DNA of 64,000 nucleotides from Octopus sinensis (GCF_006345805.1 NC_042997.1:92566001-92630000), one strand, 5' to 3'. Counted from the first letter of the stretch, positions 40,150 to 51,979 are shown. Translations and numbers: made by a program. Notes: a model not told the origin generated them from the sequence alone.

Positions 40150-40580
40150 GAGTGCACCATAGCTAATAGAGTCGACTGGAGGAAATGGAAGATGAGAAAA
40201 GCTGTTGAAGTGGGAGCGATTACTCGCCCTGGAAATGAAAGAGGTGTAGGTATAGTGCAAAATACTGGGATGCGACTTGATTAAATAGGGAACAAATTGA
40301 TACACTAATAGAATAAGAATAGCAAGCGAGATATTGAGATCAAAACATTTCATCATACTGACGATGAGTGAGTTCGACTTAGGCAGAAGGGTTGTCAATG
40401 CGTATGCGCAGAGTTTGCGATAGCTGAAAGTTGTAAGCTGTCACAATATGCTATGTAAAATGGAACCAGTCAACTTGTGATTGTTATTGAGAGGAGCGTA
40501 ATATGTATTCCCACCCCCGGCTAATATTAGATAGTTGGTTGGAGTGACATTAATGCGTGTCATTAATACGGAAGTCATGC
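40150..40580 (+). pseudogene. Possible RTE-type APE endonuclease relic
   Basis: WKMRKAVEVG..RGVGIV, VVNAYAQ and SDINA echo APE motifs (WKGxKA, NGVGI, YAPQ, GDFNA); heavily decayed. Confidence 0.35.
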
Positions 40581-40670
40581 ATCCTTGAAACATGTTCTAG
40601 AACCATCTCAGTCATCCCTTATTGAATATTCATGGCAGCGTAACCAGGTTTTGAACATCTTGCTGATGTA

Positions 40671-41960
40671 CGAGGGACGTTCAATAAGTAATGTCTCTGA
40701 CCCACTTGCAGTTGTTTGATCTAGCTGAAATTTTGCATGTGCAATTATTTATATCTCTATAGAGTAAGTGGCAAATTACAGCTCTGAATTAATTGTGGTG
40801 TCTGATCTACAGGTGTTTGAACCGAGTCAAGTGTGAAATGGAGCCTGTTGAGTGTCGAGCAGTGATCCGGTTTTGTATTTGAAAGGACGCACACCACGGG
40901 ATACATTTGATGAAATGAAAGTAACTTATGATGATGATGCCCCATCATATGACCTTATAAAACGCTGGAATCGTGAATTCAAACATGGTCGGAACTCTGT
41001 GGAAACAGCTCCCAGATCTGGTCGCCCCTTTCTGCCATTGATGAGGCATCTGTCCGTCAAGTTGAGGCTGCCATTTTCGAAGATCGACGCATAACTATTC
41101 GCCAAATAGCCTATGAGGTCAAGATTAGTACCGGGTCTGTGAAAACTATCATTCATGACCATTTGCATATGCAAAAGATGTCTGCCAGATGGATTCCCAG
41201 GTTGCTCACGCCTTTCCAGAAGCAAGAACGCGTCGAGTGCTCGAGGGTGAATTTGGAGATGTGCCAAGAAGATGAGTCAAAATTTTTCAAAAGACTGATT
41301 ACACAGGATGAAACCTGGGTCCATCACGATGATCCAGAGACCAAAGCCCAGTCAATGCAGTGAAAGCACCGTGACTCACCCCCTCCAAAGAAGGCAAGGG
41401 TGCAGCCCTCCGCTGGCAAGGTCATGCTCACAGTCTTCTGGGACCAGGACGGAGTAGTGATGACAGATTTTCTGGCAAAGGGTACCACAATTGCAGGAGC
41501 CTATTATGCTTCACTTTTGAGGAAATTAAGAGAAGCTATAAAAATCAAGAGGCGGGGCAAGATCAGCAAAGGCATCCTCCTCCTGCAGGACAACGCTCCG
41601 GTCCACAACTCGCTTGTCGCCAGATCAGAAGCACAGGCGTATGGCTATGAACTCCTCCCCATCCCCCCTACTCTCCTGACCTTGCACCCTCTGATTTTCA
41701 CCTCTTCCCAATCATGAAGTTGTTTTTGAAAGGAAAGCGTTTCCCAGATGATGCAGCCTTGATTTCTGAAGTCACGTTGAGGTTGGAGGACCAAGCTGGG
41801 TTCTTCTACAAAAACGGTCTCCAGAGCCGCATCAAACGATGGGAGAAATGCGTAACTCTGGGTGGTTCCTATGTTGAAAAAGACTAATAACTGTGCCAAG
41901 TTTCGTTGCTCTACTGCTATGGGAAGTGGGTCAGGGGCATTACTTATTGAACGCCCCTCG
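40671..41960 (+). mobile_element. Full-length mariner transposon (1290 bp)
   Basis: 37-bp TIRs with 3 mismatches (40671-40707, 41924-41960), TA on both sides, length typical of mariner. Confidence 0.97.
40838..41887 (+). pseudogene. Mariner (DD34D-type) transposase, few lesions
   Basis: MEPVECRAVIRF/LYLKG..PRSGRP/..WIPRLL..ITQDETWVH..MQ*KH..KVMLTVFWD..QDNAPVH../HPPYSPDLAPSDFHLF..RWEKCV..YVEKD*. About three frameshifts and one W-to-stop. Confidence 0.93.
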
Positions 41961-43079
41961 TATATAAGCAATAATGTAGCAGGGTCGGTGCAATGAAGAT
42001 CGACAAAAAGTTGCACCTTGGTGCTTCCCACTTTAGCATGATGTCAGTGTCAAATACGTGCAAATAGGTCTGAAGAAAGTGCTAAGTCATAGTACAGCAG
42101 CTTTGCAAAACTCCGATCTTACGGCATGCTCTAACTTTGTCACACTTTTGGAAGGTAATATCAGCTGGGGAAGCATACAATGAAGCACGGTGTTTACAGT
42201 TCAGGAGGGAAGTAGTGGCTTTGTGATAAGATCAACAATGTCCTACCTAGCCGGCTTTAAACTTAAAAGAGGATAACATGGATTGGCGTGCTTGAGCATT
42301 GTAATTTGTGAAAACAGATGTCCATGTAAACATGAAATTTCAGGCATAAAAAATTCTTACTCAGAAAAGCTTTCAGATTTTCACTTTTCAAAAGCAAGTC
42401 TTCGTCAAAAAGCAAATATTAGAGAAAGAAATGCTGTTTAATATTCGATATTCAAATAATTCAGCTAACGAAATTATACAATACGAAAACAAGTTCTTCA
42501 CAAATAATATAACTTAATCCCCAGTAAAAGTAAACTAACTAAATATAAGGTATATTATATGGACAAAATGTATTCTGGTTATAGAAATAAAACATGTCTA
42601 AAACAAACTTTTTAAAATAATGCAATATGAAATACCCAAACGTAAACTATCGTTAGTATTTACAAAAACAAAGAAAAAGATATTACAGCGCAGTACAATA
42701 TATATATTATGATATGTAAAAAAATACAAACTGTGACAATAACGTATAACACTTAGAAGACGATACAACAAACACAGACAGGACATTCGAAGCCCTCAGT
42801 CTTCAGTCAAGAACCGGATCATCGTAGTAATTTCGGCTGATTATATATATATACTGTTTTTACTGAGATCTCCCTTTTTAGTAGAAGAAATAGCTATAAC
42901 TCTTTGACTGCTATTTCTAAATTCGGTATGTGGTAAGGCAATTCGTTGCTAAACCCTTTATTGCTTACTATATATATATATATATCATAAAACAAAATTC
43001 GATAGGAAAATATTGCCGACAACGCAACTAAGCAGAATACGAACAATAACTATATGATCTGATTAGTTATGATGGTTGG

Positions 43080-43950
43080 CAAAAATCAGCAAATAGATAG
43101 CACTCTGGTAAACTAGAAGTTTATTTTCAGTTTGGCCGTCCTCCTAGACGCTGCTTCAATGATTTTACGCGAGCACATCGTCCATCACGCTCCCCACCCC
43201 TTATGCATGTTCTTAACTCGTCAACATTTGCCATTCCACTGTCCTGAAGCAAATTGTCCACATAGGTTAGACGTTTTCTTCTCCTGTTGCTTCTTCCTTC
43301 AACTTACTGCCATGAGACCAGTTGATATTCAGGTTCTTCTGCTACCTGACACTATGGTTAGCAATTTTCATTCTTCTCTGTTGCCTTTTCTCAGCCACTT
43401 TGGGTAGATCTTGATGTTGTTGCTCGTTGGCTAAATGAGCTCTCCATGTAACATTCAGAGTAATTCTTAACAATCTTGTGTGGCAGCTGTCTATTTGTTT
43501 TTCAAGCTTTTTGAAATTGATTCTACCGTAGAGACGAACAACCAAATTTTCAATTTACTTGCCATCTTAGAACTCCAGATTTTATGTAGTTTGTGACACA
43601 CATTCCAAGCGAGTACCTTCCAGACAGCAAAGTCCTTTTCACTACTTTCCATTCAAGCACCAATATTAGTAACTTCCTCAACTTCTTTTCATGCAAAGAG
43701 GGGATTTGGTAGCTCAGGATCTTGATCGAATGTCTGATTTGCAGTCTTATCTGAGTTACAGTACAGGACAATCTTTGCAGCTTCAAGTTCTACTCTGTTG
43801 AGCACTTCCTGAGTCCGATGTATTTCTTCAGAGATAAAAACAATATCGTCTGCAAAGTCTAGATCTGTAAGTATCTTTGCTGTAACTCGTCTACTTATTC
43901 GTCTTTCCAACTTAAACACTGTTCTGACTCTTTTTCTTGTAAGGCCTTGC
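43080..43950 (-). mobile_element. RTE-clade LINE 3' fragment
   Basis: TDLDFADDI RT motif; C-terminal TRLLRITLNVTWRAH..N..DLPKV..RRMKIANHSVR. Confidence 0.8.
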
Positions 43951-44345
43951 GCACCGCGTACCAGAACGAACATACGGTTCAGAAACTATGTGGCAGCGCT
44001 CGATTAACCATTAAGCAAAGTAAGCACATGGTTAGGGTTTCAAGGGAAATAGTGAAACTGTTTGCGGTACGAACGAAATCACTTTAAACTTGCTAAAATC
44101 ATATTCAAAGTGGTTTATATGGTCGGAAATATAATTTCAAAGTGATCATGGTGTCATTGAGAGGATCTTATCAAAGAATTTGTAATTAAAAAAAGGTGGA
44201 GAAGACTTTTCAAACTTAAATAAAGTGGAAGTATACAAAAATAAACATTATTTTCCATCTTACTGTTAGTTTTATTTCATTTCATAAATAAAAATTTATT
44301 TTATGGTTTATTATCGTTTATATTTTGAATTATATATATATATAT

Positions 44346-44389
<44 letters not shown>

Positions 44390-44438
44390 TATATATATAA
44401 TATTGTAATATAATATATGACAATTATTCGGTAGCTTT

Positions 44439-44499
44439 GATAAAACTCCGAGTTTCGAATGTCGGGGCGGAAACCCGCGCCGGCATCTCTTCAGTTATC
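44439..44499 (-). ncRNA. Type-I hammerhead ribozyme motif (CUGAAGA core, GUU site)
   Basis: GAUAA-CUGAAGA-[GAUGCCGG C GCGG GUUU CCGC C CCGACAUUC]-GAAA-CUCGGAG-UU-UUAUC; 5-bp stem I. The plus-strand mate (44768-44835) is mutated. Confidence 0.65.
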
Positions 44500-44835
44500 G
44501 GGCCATCGAAAAAATGCTACGAAAATGACCGTTAAAACAAAGGGAAATTACTGTGTGATTGACCGTTATTAAGACAAAAGAGTTATTAGAATGACCGCTA
44601 AGTAAGGGGAGGGAGTAAAGGTAAGGCAATAAAAATGTTCATAGTAGTCGCGTATGCGCGCATATCCGTGGTCATTCTAATACCTCTTTTGTTTTAATAA
44701 CGGTCAATCACACAGTAATTTCCCTTTGTTTTAACGGTCACTTTCATAACATATTTTTCGATGGCCCGATAACTGAATAGATGAATAGATGCCGGAGTGG
44801 GTTTCCACCCCGACATCCGAAAGTCCGAGTTATAT
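44439..44835. mobile_element. Fold-back element 1 with hammerhead motifs in both arms
   Basis: Arms 44446-44596 and 44670-44829 are inverted repeats; (TA)n on both sides. Confidence 0.85.
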
Positions 44836-44887
44836 ATACACACACACACACACACCACACACACATATATTATATACTATATATATA

Positions 44888-44928
<41 letters not shown>

Positions 44929-45010
44929 ATGAAAAGGAACACACGAGTTGATATATATGAAAAAATAAGTCAAAATAGAAAATGCTAAAATAATTTTATA
45001 AAGAACATTT

Positions 45011-45048
45011 CAGTACCGGTTTCGGTCATTTTGAGACCTTTTCAACTG
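45011..45048 (-). ncRNA. Minimal hammerhead-like motif with UUGAAAA (U3:A8) core
   Basis: CAG-UUGAAAA-GGUC UCAAAAU GACC-GAAA-CCGG-UA-CUG. Confidence 0.55.
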
Positions 45049-45349
45049 TAACGATTAAATAATTAAATTTAGAAAAATTAAATAAATGTTTTTTTAAAGA
45101 AATATTTGTATAGTGTTCAAATATAAGTGGCATTTTCCTTGTTTATGTCTTGCTCTGTCTCTCTTGTTCACACTTGTTCGAGGTCGTTGATTCACAACGA
45201 TTCACAACGACCTCGAACCCACAAGTGTGAACAAGAGAGACAGAGCAAGGCAGAAACAAGGAAATGCCACTTATATTTGAACACTATACAAATATTCCTT
45301 TAAAAAAACATTTCTTTTAATTTTTCTAAATTTAATTATTTAATCGTTA

Positions 45350-45387
45350 CAGTTGAAAAGGTCTCAAAATGACTGAAACCGGTACTG
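45350..45387 (+). ncRNA. Minimal hammerhead-like motif with UUGAAAA core (mate copy)
   Basis: CAG-UUGAAAA-GGUC UCAAAAU GACU-GAAA-CCGG-UA-CUG (G.U at the base of stem II). Confidence 0.5.
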
Positions 45388-45439
45388 AAAAGTTCTTTAT
45401 AAAATTATTTTAGCATTTTCTATTTTGACTTATTTTTTC

Positions 45440-45485
<46 letters not shown>

Positions 45486-45486
45486 T

Positions 45487-45700
45487 ACTCTTTACTCTTT
45501 TACTTGTTTCAGTCATTTGACTGCGGCCATGCTGGAGCACCGCCTTTAGTCGAGCAAATCGACCCCAGGACTATTTTTTGTAAGCCCAGTACTTATTCTA
45601 TCGGTCTTTTGCCGAACCACTAAGTGACGGGGACGTAAACACACTAGCATCGGTTGTCAAGCAATGCTAGGGGGACAAACACAGACACACAGACACACCA

Positions 45701-45784
<84 letters not shown>

Positions 45785-45943
45785 TACGACAGGCTTCTTT
45801 CAGTTCCGTCTACCAATCCACTCACAAGGCATTGGTCGGCCCGGGGCTATAGCAGAAGACACTTGCCCAAGATACCACGCAGTGGGACTGAACTCGGAAC
45901 CATGTGGTTGGTTAGCAAGCTACTTACCACACAGCCACTCCTG
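45487..45943 (-). mobile_element. SINE family B with internal (CA)n(TA)n
   Basis: Reverse copy with head GGAGTGGCTGTGTGGTAAG, CORE-like GCGTGGTATCTTGGGCAAGTGTCTTCT and (TAAAAGAG)n tail. Confidence 0.85.
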
Positions 45944-45959
45944 CGCCTATATATATATA

Positions 45960-46160
45960 TTGTTAATCCAAACATGAACAAAAAGAAAACACAACGACGC
46001 GAGGACGTGGAATAAGTAGTGTTATTGGACGCTCAGTAAAGGAGAGAACGAAGGAGGATTTCACGTTTCGAGCGGAGCTCTTCATCAGAAATGTAGAGAA
46101 AGTCCAAAGAAGGGAAGATGGAGACAGAAAATCGCCAACAATACACACGCGGTCACCGCC
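45960..46160 (-). mobile_element. Short hammerhead-containing element family E (second copy at 59870-60055)
   Basis: Shared GACGCTC..ACGTTTCGAGC..GCTCTTC(A/G)TCA..AAAGTCCA..CC.AACA.TAC; microsatellites on both sides. Confidence 0.7.
46058..46092 (-). ncRNA. Minimal hammerhead motif, cleavage triplet mutated to GUG
   Basis: AUUU-CUGAUGA-A-GAGC UCC GCUC-GAAA-CG-UG-AAAU. Confidence 0.6.
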
Positions 46161-46184
46161 CCCATTATATATATACATATATAT

Positions 46185-46235
<51 letters not shown>

Positions 46236-46271
46236 GAATGGAGTTGAACGACGAATTAACAAAATTCCTTA

Positions 46272-46354
46272 TTTTCGACATATGTTTCGAAGGCTGCATA
46301 TTCCTAATTGCGAAGGAATAAGGAGTATATTATGCCGCTTTCTCATCAGGAAAA
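46272..46354 (-). ncRNA. Type-I hammerhead ribozyme motif (CUGAUGA, GUC)
   Basis: UUUUC-CUGAUGA-[GAAAGC..UAUUCCU..AGGAAUA..GCCUUC]-GAAA-CAUAUG-UC-GAAAA. Confidence 0.82.
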
Positions 46355-46607
46355 GCAAGGAACTTATGTCAACATCAAGATGCACAAAATCTTTTAGATG
46401 ACTGCTCACACGGAGCCCATAGTGAAAATGAGTGTCGTTTGAACCCTTGAACGTTTAGAACCTTCTAGATTCTTCTACATCCAACCATTTTGACGTCACT
46501 CCTTATAAAGGAATTTTTAAAAGAGATACTCATTTTCGCTATGGGCTCCGTGTGAGCAGTCATCTAAAAGTTTTTTGTGCATCTTCATGTTGACATAAGT
46601 TCCTTGC

Positions 46608-46690
46608 TTTTCCTGATGAGAAAGCGGCATAATATACTCCTTATTCCTTCGCAATTAGGAATATACAGCCTTCGAAACATATGTCGAAAA
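46608..46690 (+). ncRNA. Type-I hammerhead ribozyme motif (CUGAUGA, GUC)
   Basis: CTGATGA 46613-46619, GAAA 46674-46677, palindromic ACATATGT, predicted cleavage after C46685, stem I TTTTC/GAAAA. Confidence 0.82.
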
Positions 46691-46739
46691 TAAAGGAATT
46701 TTCTTAATTCGTCGTTTAACTCCATTCTTTCATATATTT

Positions 46740-46869
46740 ATATTTAAAAAAAAACATACAAATTTCCACACGAAAGCACGTAACTTCAAACGTGTCTTCT
46801 TTGATGTGAATTTGCTACCCAGGTATCGGTTAACCGAATTATCCATAACAAGATATTCATTCAACTACT

Positions 46870-46934
<65 letters not shown>

Positions 46935-47261
46935 GTATATATATATCAGGGGCTTTTCAACCTTTTTGCTGGAGCGGAACCCCTGGACAGTACTGGCGGA
47001 ACCCTGGTTGAAAAAACCACTGATATATATGTATATATATATATGTATATATATATGTATGTAATATATGTATATATATGTGTGTATGTATATATATATA
47101 TATGTATGTATATATATATATAGTATATATATATATGTATGTAAGTATGTATGTATATATATGTGTGTATATATATATATATGTATATATATATATGCTT
47201 GCATGTATATATACATATGTTATATATATTATATATAATATATATACATTACATAACATAC

Positions 47262-47305
<44 letters not shown>

Positions 47306-47306
47306 A

Positions 47307-47357
<51 letters not shown>

Positions 47358-47390
47358 ATATATTATATATATATATACATGCATGTATGT
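46740..47390. repeat. Long compound (TA)n/(TATG)n microsatellite field (representative of dozens in the window)
   Basis: Read directly from the sequence. Comparable fields at 4670-4980, 8360-8670, 12808-12952, 20260-20385, 38980-39235, 50310-51220 and 51440-51720. Confidence 0.95.
46947..47022. mobile_element. 76-bp hAT-like micro-MITE in (TA)n
   Basis: TIRs CAGGGGCTTTTCAACC / GGTTGAAAAAACCACTG (Charlie-like CAGNGG ends). Confidence 0.7.
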
Positions 47391-47764
47391 ATTTTAGCAC
47401 CAAAATATTTGAGTTCTTAGGACCTCTAAGGGTCTTAATCTGCTGCATTTCGGCTTTCGCTTTCATGTTTTGTTTTTAATAACTGAGAGAGAAGGAGAGA
47501 GGGAAAGAGGAAGAGGGAAATTATTCAGGACTTTTAAGACCTGTTGCATATTTTCCTGCTGGTTACTGTGCTGCCAGTGAGGTGGTAAACTGTTAAGAAA
47601 CTCGGCACTTGCTTAAGGGCTTGCCGAGCACTCACCAATTTTGTTGGATCCATAAAGAACCCACTTTTCTTCTTGTTTTTTTCCGGTGTCGAGAGACACG
47701 ATTTGAACTTGGAACGCACAAAGTCACAACGGATATCGGAAGAGATCCCGTCCGATATTCTAAC

Positions 47765-48130
47765 AATTCCATCAATCCACCGCCTGGACTGGTAATTTAT
47801 TTATCGACCACGAAAGGGTGAAAGGCAAAGTTGACCTATGTCGGATTTAAACTCATACTGTAAGGCTTCTAACCAAAGTTCTATAATCTCTGCTAATTCA
47901 CTGTTTTAATAAGGGGTTATTCATTGGCGGGCGAGTTGGCAGAATCGTTAACATGCCGGGCAAAATGCTTTCGTCCCTCTTTACATTCTAAGTTCAAATT
48001 CCGGCGAGGTCGACTTTGCCTTTTATCCTATCGGGATCAATAAAATAAGCACCAGTTGAGCACCGGAGGTCAATGTAATCGACTAGCACCTTTCCCTGAA
48101 CTTTCTGGCCTTGTGTCAAAATCTGAAACC
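47765..48130. mobile_element. Two SINE A copies head-to-head (47765-47905 minus; 47925-48130 plus)
   Basis: Family A bodies in opposite orientation. Confidence 0.7.
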
Positions 48131-48720
48131 AATAAGTGGCTATTTATGCAAATTTTTCCCCGGTGATGCTAAAATTCTTCAGGTTGTTACAAACTTCTCC
48201 GAATCTCATATATAAACTTTACGTATACAAAGTGTGAAAATAACCGAGTATAATTATCACTGGCGGTATATATACAGACTCCTCCCCACCACACATAAAA
48301 AAAAACACCACGCAGATACATTGAGGAATTCACAAGCGCATACCCTCTCCCTCTCTCTCGCTCCACCCCCATACACGAACACAGAAGAATACAGACACAT
48401 ATACAAACTTACAGACACACACTCACACACAGACACATACACACGTACACAAGGGCAGACAGCTGGAGATATAATCGCATAATAGCGCTAAAACATCATC
48501 AGCCTCCTCCATTCAACACGCAAGAATCGGCAAGAACCATCAACAAAACTCATAGATACAGACAGTAGTTTGTATACACATGATGGCACATCAAGTCGTT
48601 TCGCTGTACATTCAATTAAAACCAAGCTAGCTCTCCTTCCCTCCCCCTCTCTTTCTGTCTGTCTGTCTGTCTGTCAGTCTATCTGTTTGTCTGTCTGTCT
48701 GTCTGTTTCTCTGTCTGTCG

Positions 48721-48755
<35 letters not shown>

Positions 48756-48820
48756 GCACTCATTCTCTCTTTCTCTCTGTCCTTCTCCTGCAAAATTCTT
48801 GCCAGTGAGTTTTATTTTCT

Positions 48821-48888
<68 letters not shown>

Positions 48889-50588
48889 TCGCTTCCCCTA
48901 AGTGGTCCCTTTACACAGAAGCTTGCTGAACATTATTTCAAACTGCGCCCATTCGTCAAATGCTTAAGTGAGCTGAAGAATTTACTGTAAAACAACAGAA
49001 ATAGCGTCATCTTGGCTGTTTGTAGTATTTTTTTTCCTTTTCCTTTTTCTCTATTAGCATTCAGTATGTTTCTCTCTGATCGATATTTTGTCAGCAACCG
49101 CTCCAAAATTTTATTGATCAACTATTATTTCTCTATTATTACGGAAATATGAGATCCTAAAGGCTGAACTCTTAAATTCATTTTGCATCCATCCCTTCTC
49201 CGTGGCATTTGGTGGAGCAACGATCCCGGCTAAACAAAAACAACGACAATAACAACAACATGAACGGCAATAATGACTCCTACAATGATATGATAATAAG
49301 TTCTATGTTATTAACAAAAACTTTCTGAGTCATTGCACAGCAACAATTCATATGACCCATCGGACAGTGGTACTATTAGACCATAAGAACTCCCTATAAA
49401 TCATTCATCATCTCTCTCTCTCGCTCATTCTCTCTCTCTCACACTCATTCTCTCTCTCTCTCTCTCTTTCTCCCAGTCCTACACATTCTACAACGTTTAT
49501 ATACATATTTATACCAATTACTTGTGTTTTGTTGGCTCGGACGTTATTCAATAACAAGGAATCATATAAAGATACAATGTAAAATTATTCTTGCAATTTA
49601 AATTTGAAAAAAAGAAAGAAATACCCGGTATTTTAAAGTGCATTACATCTAATAAAACTTTCCTGTACAAACATATTCACCCACAAATAAAATACTTATA
49701 ACCAAACAGGTTAAAATATAATGATGCATTCTTCTGCAGCTCATTGATATACGAATTACATTTGTGGAAAGCAATTTAACACTATATATATATATATATA
49801 TGTAACAGATTCAAAAAGAAAAAAAGTTCCTTAACTTGAGCCAAGGTTCAAGTTGATTAAAGTACATTCATTCACAAATGTCAATACACGCATACTCCCT
49901 GTATTACAGGAAATAATAACAAAAATGCATGTGTAAATTAACAAATTTTCACACGTTCTTATGTTTCCCAGACATATGTTTGGATATGTAAAAACAAAAG
50001 GATGCGCACAAGCCCATACAAACTGCAGCTTATATACATATACTCATGAACCCATATACACATAAATACACATGGGTGCATCATTTTAGTTGTCTGATCA
50101 AACAATCTTATATATATATATATTTAATGCCTTTTAAAAATACCAGTGAAATTTAATCCACAAAATCGACTTTGCAATGTAAGTAAACGAATATTTATTA
50201 TATATATATATATGTATATTTTTAAATAGACATATAAGAACAGCTATCTACCTATCTAGCTATCTGTTTCTCTTTCTCTCTCACTCTCTCGCTCTTCCTC
50301 TCTCTATATATATATACAATATATATGTATGCATGTATATATATATATATATACATACATAATATATATATATAATATATTTATATATATATATATATAT
50401 ATATAATTATATGTATGTATGTATGTATGTATATATGTATGTATACACATTTATATGTATATTTATACAACACACCACTCATATCCGTAAATATGTAAAA
50501 ACAAATGTACATGCACACTAACATATACACACAGCATATATCCATGCACTCATATATGCATAAATGCATACGTACACACACATCTATA

Positions 50589-50666
<78 letters not shown>

Positions 50667-50764
50667 CCTATCTATCTATCTATCTATCTATCTATTTATG
50701 ACTTTTCCTCTTTGCCTCTCATTATAGGTATATGTAATCGAATGTATGTATACTATAATTTATG

Positions 50765-50797
<33 letters not shown>

Positions 50798-51144
50798 ATA
50801 TATATACATATATGTGTGTGTGTATGTGTGTGTGTGTGTATGTGTGTGTGTATGTGTGTGTGTCTGTGTGTGTGCATGTGTGTGTATGTATGTATGTACG
50901 TATCTATATCTATATCTATATATATATACATATATATATACGTATATCTATATGCGTGTCTCTGTGCGCGCGCGCGCGAGTGCGTGTGACCATGAGTGTG
51001 TGTGTATGTATATATATATATATGTCTATGAATTTTGTGTTGCAGGATTCCTGATATGAAACCGTGTGCTGTAACACATATATATGTATATATATGCATA
51101 TATATATATGTATATATATGTATATTATATATGTATAATGTATA

Positions 51145-51211
<67 letters not shown>

Positions 51212-51219
51212 TACGTATA

Positions 51220-51441
51220 CAGTAATCCTCTCCATATCGCGGTTCACCTATCGTGGTTTATTATTTAAGCTTACATCGATTCCTCCGTTGTGTTGTTTTG
51301 CATTTATAATAAAATAAATATATACAAATTATAAAAATAATAAAAGAAAATATATTGTACAGTACTGTTTCTACTTCGCGGATTTTCACCTGTCGCGGGT
51401 GTGTTTGGAACGTAACACCCGCAATATTCGAGGGATTACTC
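51220..51441. mobile_element. Tigger/pogo-like MITE (222 bp)
   Basis: TIRs CAGTAATCCTCTCCATATCGCGG / CCGCAATATTCGAGGGATTACTC; TA on both sides. Confidence 0.75.
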
Positions 51442-51683
51442 TATACATACATACATACATGTGTGTGTGTGATATTATATGTGTGTGAATGTGTTTGTGT
51501 ATATGTGTTATATATACATATATATATGAGTGTGTATATATATATATATATGTACATATATTTATACATACATACATACATACATACATACATAATACAT
51601 ACATATATACATACATACATACATACGTACATACAAACATACATACATACATACATACATACATACATACATACATACATACA

Positions 51684-51718
<35 letters not shown>

Positions 51719-51979
51719 TTCCTGTCGTACCTTCAATATTCTGTTTGTTATTCTACCAAAGTGTCTGGTGGTCTCAAAGAAGTTGACAAATATTTCTTTT
51801 GCACTGAGTAACGTTGTTAGTTCCTTCATAAATCACTCTATTTCTGTGAGTGGGATGTATTAACTTTAGTAATTTGATACTTTCAGGAAAACACGGTGAT
51901 ATTTTCGTAACTTATGTGTTTCATATTTGTAAGCAAGTATGTATGTATGTATGTATGTATGTATGTATGTATGTATGTA

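Larger units (their letters stand above)
44955..45443. mobile_element. Fold-back element 2: near-perfect ~490-bp palindrome
   Basis: Arms 44955-45189 and 45205-45443 with a 15-nt centre; (TA)n on both sides. Confidence 0.92.
46231..46732. mobile_element. Fold-back element 3 with twin canonical hammerheads
   Basis: Arms 46231-46436 and 46525-46732 (~206 bp, few mismatches), 88-bp spacer, in a TA-rich context. Confidence 0.92.

Noticed and set aside
41645-42031. 128-aa minus-strand ORF (and 40926-41267)
   Set aside because: Antisense to the mariner transposase.
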